From the NCBI GenBank assembly GCA_965223795.1, contig CBDCXL010000002.1, positions 2,944,001 through 3,008,000 on the forward strand: 64,000 nt of DNA, in the 5' to 3' direction. A program made the translations under genes and the position numbers. The notes under the pieces are model-generated. The model was given only the letters and a program-made list of their open reading frames with translations. It was not told the origin of the DNA and ran no database searches. This document shows, one piece after another, positions 1 to 9,584 of this stretch. The DNA is from Nitrospinales bacterium (lineage in GTDB: Bacteria > Nitrospinota > Nitrospinia > Nitrospinales > VA-1). The number at the start of each line of letters is the position of its first letter. Position 1 is the first letter of the stretch.

Positions 1-374
1 ACGACGAGCACCGCTTGTACCTTCTGTATCCTCAGGCCAACTGGGTGGAAGTCACGCCCGAAACGCCGTATCAGATCATCGGCGAATCGGGTTACGGCAA
101 ACCCTTGCTGGATCTTGTGCTCAACTACGATTCCAGCATGGTGATGGCGGCCAAGGCGGCATTTCTCGCGTTCGACGCCACGCGCCGCTGCGCGAGCAAT
201 GTGGATTTTCCGATCGACTTCGTGTTTTACAGGAAGAATTCGCATCAGATGATCCTGCATGGATACGAAAAGGAAGACCTGTTGAATGTCTCGGAATGGT
301 GGCACAACCGCGTGCGCCATTCGCTCGATGATCTGCCCGGAGACTGGATCGACGGGGTTCTGGAAAAGTCCTGA
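1..374 (+). CDS. Proteasome-type (Anbu-like Ntn) protease, 3' part (5' end outside window)
   Basis: LYLLYPQANW...TPYQIIGESGYGKPLLD...FDATRRCASNVDFPID resembles the Anbu C-terminal half; followed by a transglutaminase as in known Anbu operons. Confidence 0.8.
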   Translation, partial: DEHRLYLLYPQANWVEVTPETPYQIIGESGYGKPLLDLVLNYDSSMVMAAKAAFLAFDATRRCASNVDFPIDFVFYRKNSHQMILHGYEKEDLLNVSEWWHNRVRHSLDDLPGDWIDGVLEKS

Positions 375-392
375 CAAAGGCGATCGCCCTGC

Positions 393-1244
393 ATGCGGTT
401 TGCAATCGAACACAAACTCGAATTTTCCTATTCCCGCCCCGTGTTCCTGGAGCCGCACACGGTCCGCCTGTGCCCGCGAACCGATGCCTGGCAGCAGCTC
501 GTCCATTTCAAAATCCAGGTGCAACCCGATCCGCAGGGCGCCGCGCAGGTGGCGGATCTCGACGGGACGCCGGCGGACATTCTGTGGTTTGAGGGGATGA
601 CCCGCTCTTTGACTCTCACCGCGGTCTCCCGGGTCGAGACGCTGAAAAGCAATCCCTACGATTACATACTTCCGGGCAAGGATTTTCAGACGGTTCCGTT
701 TGCGTATCCTGGCCCGCACGCGGACGCGCTTGCGGTTTACCTGACGCGTCCCGAACCCACGGCCCATGTGGATGCCTTCGCAAAAAGCGTGCTGCAGGAG
801 GCCGGCCGCGATCCGATCGCCTTCCCGCAGCAACTGGCGCAGGCGATCCACCGGAACGTGCAGGTGGAATTCCGCGAAAAGGGCGAGCCGGTGCCGCCGC
901 AGCAGGTTCTGGAACACAAAAAAGGCGCCTGCCGCGACCTGTCCGTCCTGTTCATGGACGCCTGCCGGGCGGTGGGGCTGGCCAGCCGTTTCACCAGCGG
1001 CTATTTCTATCTGGAAGAGGAGACGGACAAACCGGAACTGCACGGCTGGGCGGAGGTGTATCTGCCGGGGGGAGGGTGGCGCGGATTCGACCCGACCCAC
1101 GGACTGGCCGTTTCCGACCGTCACATTGCCCTCGCTTCCGGGGCGCACCCGGCGTTGGCCGCGCCGACCAGCGGAAAGCTGCGGGGTACGGGAGCGGAAT
1201 CGTCATTGACGTACGCGATCTCCATTCAGACCGCGGACGGCTAA
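393..1244 (+). CDS. Transglutaminase family protein
   Basis: GACRDLS (catalytic Cys), SGY, HGWAEVYLPGGGWRGFDPT. Confidence 0.92.
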   Translation: MRFAIEHKLEFSYSRPVFLEPHTVRLCPRTDAWQQLVHFKIQVQPDPQGAAQVADLDGTPADILWFEGMTRSLTLTAVSRVETLKSNPYDYILPGKDFQTVPFAYPGPHADALAVYLTRPEPTAHVDAFAKSVLQEAGRDPIAFPQQLAQAIHRNVQVEFREKGEPVPPQQVLEHKKGACRDLSVLFMDACRAVGLASRFTSGYFYLEEETDKPELHGWAEVYLPGGGWRGFDPTHGLAVSDRHIALASGAHPALAAPTSGKLRGTGAESSLTYAISIQTADG

Positions 1245-1254
1245 CCGGTTCCCG

Positions 1255-2244
1255 TTAAAGATGTTTTCCGACTTCCCGGGCCCAGTCTTCGGGAATCAGC
1301 TCATCCTGGCAGCGGAGGTACGCTTCACTCAGCGACGCCAGTAAATCCTCGCTGTCCGCCAGCCGTTCCACCTGCACCCAAAGATTCCATTCCTTGCTCA
1401 GACTCCATTCCGCATCGTTCAGGCGGCAATCCGGCAGCCGGTAATGGTAGGTCGGCCGGGCGGAGGTCAGGTCGTCTTCCAACTGACGCTGCACTCTTTC
1501 CCTGTCGATATGCGAGAACAAGGGCAGAAGGTCCAGCTCCCGGTTGCGGGTGGGGTTGTCCGCAAGGTAGTCGTCGATCAATGCCTCCATGCCGGGCCGG
1601 TATCCGGAATCCAGTATTTTCACGGCATAGGAGGGAGGGAATGCATTGATGTAGGGTGAGATTTTCCGGGCGAGGTCGACCTGAATCTGCTCCTTGAGCC
1701 AATCGCTCATCAGGAGAAAGGAGCGCAGATGCGCGAGAATGGAATCGGCTTTTAAAGACGGGGCCTCCGGATTGATGTGCACCCCGAAAGCATACAACAG
1801 CGATTCGTCGGTGCCTTCCACACCCAGCTCGATCAGGCTTTCGGTCAAGGCGCTGAGTTCATCGAGGCGGTCGAGGGGAACCGGACCGGTGATCACTTCG
1901 TAGGGCACGACCGATTTGCCGATGTCTCCGAGCCATTCGCACAATTTCGGCAGGGCTTCGTTTTTCAGGAACTGTTCCAGATCGTTTTCGGGGACGTCCT
2001 GCTGGTCCGGCATGTCGGGATGGACCCACTGGGTGTCGAGCTGGACCGAGAAATCGCCGAGGCTGGAATCGAGTATTTTATAAAAATGCGGATTGATTTT
2101 TTCGAGACGCCCGCCGAACCGGCTCTGCACTTTTTTTGCAACCTCGACGCAGTCCTCAGCGGCGAATTCGATTTCAAATCCGACGGTCCGGGTCTTGCCG
2201 GCGTCGTTGTGCGGGCAGGGCGGTTGCAGAAAATTGGCTGTCAT
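1255..2244 (-). CDS. Putative amidoligase (COOH-NH2 ligase family)
   Basis: VGFEIEF, PYEVITGP, FGVHINPE, PTRNRELDLLP, RPTYHYRLPDC motifs. Confidence 0.8.
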   Translation of the reverse strand: MTANFLQPPCPHNDAGKTRTVGFEIEFAAEDCVEVAKKVQSRFGGRLEKINPHFYKILDSSLGDFSVQLDTQWVHPDMPDQQDVPENDLEQFLKNEALPKLCEWLGDIGKSVVPYEVITGPVPLDRLDELSALTESLIELGVEGTDESLLYAFGVHINPEAPSLKADSILAHLRSFLLMSDWLKEQIQVDLARKISPYINAFPPSYAVKILDSGYRPGMEALIDDYLADNPTRNRELDLLPLFSHIDRERVQRQLEDDLTSARPTYHYRLPDCRLNDAEWSLSKEWNLWVQVERLADSEDLLASLSEAYLRCQDELIPEDWAREVGKHL

Positions 2245-2527
2245 GGTCGAAAATGAGGCGGTTTGCGCGTTGGGTCGAATGGGCCGTTCAGCGTGAGATT
2301 ATACCGGAATCCTCATGCAGAATGCTCGATTCAGGAGGAGATGGGACGTATTCAGGACGTAAAACTGTGGTTTTTCAGCGATTTTACTTCTGAGTTCACA
2401 TATTACATTGATTTAAATGGTTATTCTGTTGAACGGGCGTGCCCAAAGACCTATACTGGTAGAATAAACCATTGTATTAAAAGAACATTTCCATATCCAC
2501 CCTGTGGAGTTTCCGGGTTTCCCAATT

Positions 2528-4516
2528 ATGTTGTCCCATTCCAAAGTCCATCTGTTTAAAAAGACGGATCTGTTCGAGACGCTGTCGGAAGCCGCGATTC
2601 AGCAGGTTCTGCAGGGCTGCCGGGAAATCTTGCTCAAACCGGGGCAGTGCCTCTTTAAGGAAGGGGAATCCGGTGATTCCATGTATCTCATTTACTCCGG
2701 AGAGATCGTGGTGCACCGTCAGGGCAAGCAGCTCGCCAAACGGGGACCGGGCGAATATTTCGGCGAGATGGGCATGATACAGGCGGACCGGCGCTCGGCT
2801 TCCGCAAAAGCGGTTGGCGAGACGCACCTTCTGGAACTGGACCGGGAAAAGTTTTACTCGAAGCTGGCCAACCGGCCGCAGACCCTGAACGCCCTGCTGA
2901 AAACATTGTCTTCCAGATCCCGCGAAGATCTCGAGTCGTTGGGGCAGGATCAGGACAAGCTGCAGTCCCAGACCAAGCTGAACACCTGGTTGAAAGACCT
3001 GCTCGACAACACGAGAGAAGAGATCTACGTGTTCGACCCTAAAACCTGCCGCATCAAAAATGCCAATGCTTGCACAGAAAAGAATCTCGGCTACTCCATC
3101 CGTGAACTGATCCAGAAAACCCCCTTCGACCTGCTGCGGGACCTGACCCGGGAAAAGTTCGAAAAAATGGCGGGATCGTTGACGGCGGATAAAACCGCCT
3201 CCATTCTCATTGAAGATTTCAATGTGAGAAAAGACGGGTCGAGCTACCCTGTGGAAACCCGGGTGCGGATGTTGAAAACCGGCAATCACAGCGTGTACGT
3301 CGCGGTCACGCAGGACAAGTCGGAAGTGAAGGAACTGGAGAAGATCAAGGATCAGGCTGTGAAAGCCAACCAGGCCAAGTCCGAGTTCCTGTCCAAGATG
3401 AGCCATGAACTGCGCACGCCTTTGAACGCCATTCTGGGATTCGGCCAGCTTCTGGAATTCAGCAATGAAGAGCCGTTGAGTCAGGCGCAGCGGGAGTGGC
3501 TGCAGGAAATACTCAGGGCCGGAAATTTCCTGCTGGAAATCATCAATGAGATCCTGAATCTGGCGCACATCGAATCGGGAAAAATTTCGCTTTCCCTGGA
3601 ATCGTTCGACCTGGCCGAACTCATTCAGGAGGTCCTGCCCCTCGTTTCACCGCTGGCGCAAAAGAGCGGCATCCGCATCGACAACGACACGATGAAGCAC
3701 GGAGCCTTGATTGTTTGTGCGGATCGCACGAAGTTGAAGCAGGTCTTGCTCAATCTCATCTCCAACGCCATCAAGTACAACCGCAAAAACGGCTCGGTGA
3801 CGCTGCGTGCCAAACGAAAAGAAAATGGAAGCATCCATGTGTCGGTCACGGACACGGGAATGGGCATCCCCGAAGAGAAGCTGGGGAACCTGTTTCAGCC
3901 GTTCGACCGTCTTGGCGCCGAAGAATCCGAAGTGGAGGGGACCGGGCTGGGCTTGGTGATCGCCAAACAGCTGGTGGAAAGGATGCAGGGAACGATCAGC
4001 GTGCAAAGCACGGTCGGCAAGGGCACCTGTTTCACGATCGGGCTGCCCGCTCCGAAACAGGCCGCGGAACCAGTGAAACCGCAAAGCAGCGCAGAGGAAC
4101 TGGAAAGCGAATCCGATGCTGAGGAGAAAAGATCGATGGTGTTGTACGTCGAGGACAATGCGGCCAACAAGAAACTGGTGGAGCAGATTGTGAAACCGGA
4201 TAAGACGATCGACCTCATCACCATGGGAGATGCGGAGTCCGGCATCCTGCTGGCGCGCCGTCAGCGTCCCGATCTCATCCTCATGGACATCAACCTGCCG
4301 GGCAAGGACGGGGTCGCCGCTTTGAGAGAATTGAAATCGCTGGAAGAAACGAAAACGATACCGGTGATCGCCGTGACCGCGAACGTCACCACCGCCGACA
4401 TCCAAAATTACAAGCTTGCCGGATTCGAGGCGCACATCGCCAAACCCATCGATGTGACAACCTTCCTCAAGACCATTCGAACCCACTTGGATCAAGAGCA
4501 GACCGCCGCCGTTTAA
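2528..4516 (+). CDS. Hybrid histidine kinase: cNMP-binding, PAS, HisKA, HATPase and REC domains
   Basis: GEYFGEMG..RRSASA (cNMP); RKDGSSYPVE (PAS/PAC); MSHELRTPLN, NLISNAIKYN, DTGMGI, GTGLGL; LILMDINLP; ATG at 2528. Confidence 0.92.
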   Translation: MLSHSKVHLFKKTDLFETLSEAAIQQVLQGCREILLKPGQCLFKEGESGDSMYLIYSGEIVVHRQGKQLAKRGPGEYFGEMGMIQADRRSASAKAVGETHLLELDREKFYSKLANRPQTLNALLKTLSSRSREDLESLGQDQDKLQSQTKLNTWLKDLLDNTREEIYVFDPKTCRIKNANACTEKNLGYSIRELIQKTPFDLLRDLTREKFEKMAGSLTADKTASILIEDFNVRKDGSSYPVETRVRMLKTGNHSVYVAVTQDKSEVKELEKIKDQAVKANQAKSEFLSKMSHELRTPLNAILGFGQLLEFSNEEPLSQAQREWLQEILRAGNFLLEIINEILNLAHIESGKISLSLESFDLAELIQEVLPLVSPLAQKSGIRIDNDTMKHGALIVCADRTKLKQVLLNLISNAIKYNRKNGSVTLRAKRKENGSIHVSVTDTGMGIPEEKLGNLFQPFDRLGAEESEVEGTGLGLVIAKQLVERMQGTISVQSTVGKGTCFTIGLPAPKQAAEPVKPQSSAEELESESDAEEKRSMVLYVEDNAANKKLVEQIVKPDKTIDLITMGDAESGILLARRQRPDLILMDINLPGKDGVAALRELKSLEETKTIPVIAVTANVTTADIQNYKLAGFEAHIAKPIDVTTFLKTIRTHLDQEQTAAV

Positions 4517-4572
4517 TTGGAAATCTGAGCCGTGGCGGGAGCAGGCGTCCGCAGCTCAGGAAACGCAGCAGG

Positions 4573-6870
4573 TCATTTAGAGGTGAGCGTGTACACGCCG
4601 TCCCAGGATGGCGAGAGGTCCCGGTCCTTCAGTTCCCGGCAGCGCTTAAGCAGGGTCTTTGACGGACCGTCGTCCGGCCGGATCGACAGCACCTGCTCAA
4701 AAAGCGCTTCCGCTTCCTGAAAGTTCTGCCGCTTGTATTGCTCCAGCCCGCGGTTGTACAGGGGAAGCAGGGTCTGCATGGTTTCATCGAGCAGGCCTTT
4801 CTTGCCGAGCAGTTCGTAGATTTTGACGGCGTTCTTGCGTCCCACCACGCGGATGGAATCCAGCTCCCGCACCTCGATGAAGTCTTTCGCCTGCGCGTAG
4901 GTGGTTTCGCTGATCAGCGAAAACGTGCCGTACACTTTGTTGGCCCCTTCCAGCCTTGCCGCCAGGTTGACCGAATCGCCGTTCATGCCGTAGGCCATGC
5001 GGGTTTTCGTGCCCATGTTCCCCACCACCATCAGGCCCGTGTTGAGCCCGACGCGCATGTGGATATCCGGTTTTCCCGCCTGTTTCCACTCTTCCCGCAT
5101 CACGGCGAGCCGTTCCTGCATTTCGATGCACACATAGCAGGCGCGGACGGCGTGGTCTTCGAAGTAGACCGGCGCACCGAAAAACGCTTTGATGGCGTCG
5201 CCGTCGTAGCGGTCCAGCGTGCCTTCATAGCTCAACAGGATGTCGGTCATTTCTGTGAAATACTCGTTGAGCAGGGACACCAGCTCCTGTGGAGTCAGTT
5301 TTTCGGAAAAAGTGGTGAAGCCCGCAAGATCCGTGAAAAATGCGGTCAGCTCCTTTTGCTCGCCGCCCAGCTTGAGCTGGTCCGGGTCCTTCATGATCCG
5401 CTCGATGACCTTGGGGGACAGGTACTGGCTGAAGGTTTTCTGGATGAACTGCTTTTGTTTCTCTTCGGTGACGTAGCGGTACACCATCAAGCCGGAAAAG
5501 ATCAGGAAATGCTCCAGGTGCGGAAACACGTTGGTCAGGAAAATCCGCTGCTTAAGAAACATCCAGTGGTTGAACCCGAACAGCGCCGCCGTGATGAGCA
5601 GCATGGCACCCGCCCCGTACAGCGGCCGCACGCGCCCGTAAAACCACACCAGCCCGATTCCCAATACGACAAGCAGCAGCGTGTCGGCCACCGGCACCCA
5701 CTGCGGCTGCAGCAGCGCCCGGTTGCGCAGAATGTTGTCGATGACGGTGCCGTGGATCTCGACGCCCGGCAGGATGGGATCGAACGGCGTCACCTTGTTG
5801 TCGCCCAGCGCCGTCGCCGTGGCGCCGATGAGGATGATTTTGTCCTTCAGTCCCCCCGGCGGGAAATGTTCTTTGCGGTCGTGCACGATGTCGGTGATGG
5901 AGACATGCGGAAAGGTCTTCCTGCCGCCGAGGAAATTGATGGCCAGCTCGCCGCGTTCGTTGGCGGGGATGACGATCGGCTCGCCGCTGTCGAGGATCAC
6001 GCTCTGCACCCCGGCCGGCGCCACTTTGAAAAACAGGCTGCCGCCGAGGTATTTTTCCAATACGCGCACCGAAAGCGGCGGGAAATAATGATCCGCACCG
6101 GTTTTATCATCGCGGTAGCGGACGATGAGCGCCAGTTTTCTCAGCGATCCGTCGCTCTCCACATCGAAGCTGATGAACCCGGAGCGGCGCAGCTTTTCGG
6201 ACAGGATCTCCACGTTGGATTCCACCGCGTAGGCGGTGCGAAAATCGATCGCGGCCAGGTCGAGGTCCGGATCGGACTGGATGAAACCGCCGAACTGGGC
6301 GGGACGGATGTTCTCAAAGTAACGGTGGCGCGTTTCAGCGTCCAGGTGCCGCACCGCCTCCTGCTCGAAATGAAAAAAGTATCCCAGCACCGCCCGCCGG
6401 GATTTTCTGAGGACCTGCGCCAGAGCGGCGTCCGGGTCCTGTTCCTGAACGTAGCGGTCGATCAGAGCGGCGGCGGGGGTTTGCGGGCCGGAGAGGGACT
6501 GGATCTCCTGTTTCAATCGGTCAAGCGTGCGTTGGGTGGCGGTCTCCTCCGGCGAGGAAAACACCAGGTCGAAGCCGATCACCTTCACGTCGTTTTCCAC
6601 CAGCTTGTCCACCAGTCGGGCCACCGTTTGTCGCGGCCAGGGCCAGCGTCCCAGCTCATCCAGGCTCTTTTCGTCGATGGCGGCGATCACCACTTCCGGT
6701 CCCGGCTTCACCGGTCCGCGCCACAGGAAATGGGCGTTCTGGAACAGGATCTCCAGCCGGTGCAGGGCAGGGGGATAGGCCCAGTACAGGGCCGCCACTG
6801 ATATCGTGATCAGGACGCCGAGCGCCCAGATGAGGACTGTTTTTTTTGTTTTTTCCATTGGTGGACCCAT
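4573..6870 (-). CDS. CHASE2-domain class III adenylate/guanylate cyclase with C-terminal TPR
   Basis: IDEKSLDELGRWPWPR and PGVEIHG (CHASE2), three TM helices, FTDLAGFT, GDA, GDSVNLAARLEG. Confidence 0.93.
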   Translation of the reverse strand: MGPPMEKTKKTVLIWALGVLITISVAALYWAYPPALHRLEILFQNAHFLWRGPVKPGPEVVIAAIDEKSLDELGRWPWPRQTVARLVDKLVENDVKVIGFDLVFSSPEETATQRTLDRLKQEIQSLSGPQTPAAALIDRYVQEQDPDAALAQVLRKSRRAVLGYFFHFEQEAVRHLDAETRHRYFENIRPAQFGGFIQSDPDLDLAAIDFRTAYAVESNVEILSEKLRRSGFISFDVESDGSLRKLALIVRYRDDKTGADHYFPPLSVRVLEKYLGGSLFFKVAPAGVQSVILDSGEPIVIPANERGELAINFLGGRKTFPHVSITDIVHDRKEHFPPGGLKDKIILIGATATALGDNKVTPFDPILPGVEIHGTVIDNILRNRALLQPQWVPVADTLLLVVLGIGLVWFYGRVRPLYGAGAMLLITAALFGFNHWMFLKQRIFLTNVFPHLEHFLIFSGLMVYRYVTEEKQKQFIQKTFSQYLSPKVIERIMKDPDQLKLGGEQKELTAFFTDLAGFTTFSEKLTPQELVSLLNEYFTEMTDILLSYEGTLDRYDGDAIKAFFGAPVYFEDHAVRACYVCIEMQERLAVMREEWKQAGKPDIHMRVGLNTGLMVVGNMGTKTRMAYGMNGDSVNLAARLEGANKVYGTFSLISETTYAQAKDFIEVRELDSIRVVGRKNAVKIYELLGKKGLLDETMQTLLPLYNRGLEQYKRQNFQEAEALFEQVLSIRPDDGPSKTLLKRCRELKDRDLSPSWDGVYTLTSK

Positions 6871-7093
6871 CGGAACCCGCTTTCCATGAAAAACCTTGAA
6901 AAACCGGGTGTTTTTGCAATGCGGCTGTGTTTGGCCTCATTTTTGTTGAGATAACTATAATTATAACAGGTATTTATGGAATATTAAGATTGAATTTTAG
7001 TGTAAATATGGTTAGCCTGAAGTTATCCATTTTCACAAACCCCGGGCCCCAAAGCGGTTGCCGAAGCGGCTATAAACGAAGGCGCTTGAAATC

Positions 7094-9229
7094 ATGGAAC
7101 TGTCCAAAAAAGTGAGTCAATTGCAGGCCGTCGACTGCCTGAGCTCCCTGCCGAAGGAAAGCATCGAGAACCTGGCTTCGCAATGCGAGGAAGTGAACCT
7201 GGAACCCGATAAAACGGTGTTCGAGGACGGCGAACCGGGAGAGTCGATGTACATCGTTCTCTCGGGAATGGTGGGGGTGTTTAAAAAGAAGAAAAAAATC
7301 GCCACACGCGGGCCGGGAGAATTCATCGGCGAGATGGCGCTATTGCAATCCGGCCCCCGCTCGGCCACCGCCCGTGCGATTTCCGACACCTGCCTGCTGG
7401 AAATCCGCAAAGACCACTTTCATTCGTATCTGACGTCCAATTCGCAGGCGCTGTTCACGGTGCTCAAAACCCTGAGCGACCGCTCGCGGCAGGATCTCGA
7501 AAAGCTCGACAAAAGCTACGTCCAGCTGCAGGTTCAGGAAAAACTGTCCAAGAGCCTGATGCAGATCCTCGACAATTCCACAAACGAAATCTACATCTTC
7601 GATTCCGCGTCGCTGCATTTCGTCCAGACCAATGCCTGTGCCCGGAACCACATCGGCTACAGCGTGGACGAATTGAAAAACATGACCCCGGCGGACCTCA
7701 TCGAGGACATTCCGCTCGAGGAATTGAAGGGGACGCTGGATCTGCTGCTGAACGAGATCAAGACACAGCACACGTTCAAGGCCACGCACCGCAGAAAAGA
7801 CGGCACGACGTATCCGGTGGAAATCCGTCTGGCGATGGTGCCCTCGGAGACCCTGCCGCTGTTCGTGGCGCACGTTCAGGATCAGACCGAGCGCAAGCTG
7901 ATGGAGGACAAGATCGACAACATCACCTACCGCGATGCACTCACCGGGCTGCCGAACCGCAAGTATTTTGTCGACAGCCTGAACCTCGCCATCGAGGACG
8001 CCGGGCGCAGCAATCAGGAAATCGCCGTCATGTGCCTCGATCTGGACAATTTCCGGTCGGTCAACGACGCGATGGGCCGCGAGGCGGGCGACCTTCTGAT
8101 CAAAGAACTGGCCCAGCACTTGCAAAACCATTTCCGCAAGCTGGATCTGGTCGCCCATGCGGGAGGAGACGGGTTTCTCGTCATGCTGCGGGAGACCCGC
8201 GGCGAAGCGCAGGTCACCCAGGCCGCGGAACGCTTTATAGAAAGCCTGAAAACGCCGTTTGAGATCCTGGGGAGCAACATTCCCTGCACCTTCAGCATCG
8301 GCATCGCACGCTTTCCCGACCAGGGCATCACCGCCCAGGACATCCTGATGCAGGCGGAAACCGCCCTCTACGCCGCCAAAGATAAAGGCAAAAACACCTT
8401 CCTGCATTTCGATTCTTCACAACTGGTGCAGGCGGCGAAATTCCTCGATATCGAACGGGGCCTGGTGCACGCACTGGAAAACGACGAGCTGCTGCTGCAT
8501 TATCAGCCGACTGTAGATCTCAAGACCGGCAAGATCATGGGGTTCGAGGCGCTGTGCCGCTGGAACCATCCGGAAAAGGGCATGATTTCGCCGGCAGAGT
8601 TCATTCCGGTGGCGGAGAAGAGCCAGCTCATCCTGCCCATTGGAGACTGGGTGCTCAAAACCGCCTGCCAGCAGTTTCAAACCTGGCAGGAGATGGGCAT
8701 CGACCTCGAATACATCGCGGTGAATTTTTCCGGCGTGCAGTTCAACAGCGAAAACCCCGTGCCGCGGGTGTCGAAGATCATGCAGGATTTGGGCATGAAC
8801 CCCCGGCATCTGGAGCTGGAGATCACCGAAACCGTGTTGACGGGCAACTCGGAAGCGGCCATCGCCACGCTGCAGGAACTCAGCGATCTGGGAATTTTCC
8901 TCGCCATCGACGATTTCGGCACCGGCTATTCCTCGCTCACGTATCTCAGCCGGCTGCCGGTGGACACCCTGAAGATCGACCTTTCTTTCGTGAAGAACCT
9001 GCAGGAGCCGACCAACGCGATCATTGCAAAGACCATCGTCGCCCTGGGCAAGGGGCTCAACATGAAAACGGTCGCCGAAGGCGTCGAGACCGAGGACCAG
9101 AAAGCCCACCTGCAGTCGTTCGGCTGCGATCTGATGCAGGGCTATCTTTTCAGCAAGCCCCTGCCCGAAGAAGAAGCCACCCGGCTGCTGCAGGAGAATG
9201 CCGACCGCTCCGCACAGCCATCCCCCTGA
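7094..9229 (+). CDS. cNMP-PAS-GGDEF(degenerate)-EAL protein, probable c-di-GMP phosphodiesterase
   Basis: GEFIGEMAL..PRSATA; DALTGLPNR; GGDGF in place of GG(D/E)EF; intact EAL, ELEITE, DDFGTGYSS, AEGVET, QGYLF. Confidence 0.92.
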   Translation: MELSKKVSQLQAVDCLSSLPKESIENLASQCEEVNLEPDKTVFEDGEPGESMYIVLSGMVGVFKKKKKIATRGPGEFIGEMALLQSGPRSATARAISDTCLLEIRKDHFHSYLTSNSQALFTVLKTLSDRSRQDLEKLDKSYVQLQVQEKLSKSLMQILDNSTNEIYIFDSASLHFVQTNACARNHIGYSVDELKNMTPADLIEDIPLEELKGTLDLLLNEIKTQHTFKATHRRKDGTTYPVEIRLAMVPSETLPLFVAHVQDQTERKLMEDKIDNITYRDALTGLPNRKYFVDSLNLAIEDAGRSNQEIAVMCLDLDNFRSVNDAMGREAGDLLIKELAQHLQNHFRKLDLVAHAGGDGFLVMLRETRGEAQVTQAAERFIESLKTPFEILGSNIPCTFSIGIARFPDQGITAQDILMQAETALYAAKDKGKNTFLHFDSSQLVQAAKFLDIERGLVHALENDELLLHYQPTVDLKTGKIMGFEALCRWNHPEKGMISPAEFIPVAEKSQLILPIGDWVLKTACQQFQTWQEMGIDLEYIAVNFSGVQFNSENPVPRVSKIMQDLGMNPRHLELEITETVLTGNSEAAIATLQELSDLGIFLAIDDFGTGYSSLTYLSRLPVDTLKIDLSFVKNLQEPTNAIIAKTIVALGKGLNMKTVAEGVETEDQKAHLQSFGCDLMQGYLFSKPLPEEEATRLLQENADRSAQPSP

Positions 9230-9439
9230 GCGTCATCTCAGGGCCCGCAACCGGCCGCAAAATCCTTCAAAAAGCGTCCCTAAATATACCCCGTTTTGGG
9301 TATCAAGTTTGTATCGCCCGGTTTACAAAAAGTGTCCATTTTCACCTCTTTCTTTCTCTCCTTTTTTTAAGGTGCGTTTGCGGCACCTGAAATTCCCTGA
9401 AAAACGGCCTTCAATTTTTGCCCTTTCGGGCGTCGAACT

Positions 9440-9455
9440 TGGCATTGCAATTGCA
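9440..9455 (+). promoter_or_regulatory. Sigma54 (-24/-12) promoter
   Basis: TGGCAT-TGCAA-TTGCA matches TGGCAY-N5-TTGCW, ~130 bp upstream of the FecR-domain gene. Confidence 0.7.
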
Positions 9456-9584
9456 CTAACCATAGGTGTGAATCTATGACTTCACCTCAGCTACCCCGTC
9501 GTGCGGGGAGCCGGGGTTTCGAGTTTTTTTAGCCGATTTTCGAATCTTTATATAAAACGCAGTCTTTCTTGGAGGAAGAAAGCA

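Noticed and set aside
4573..6870. Pycsar/CBASS anti-phage cyclase
   Set aside because: Membrane CHASE2 receptor architecture and signalling-type neighbours; no TIR or pore-forming effector.
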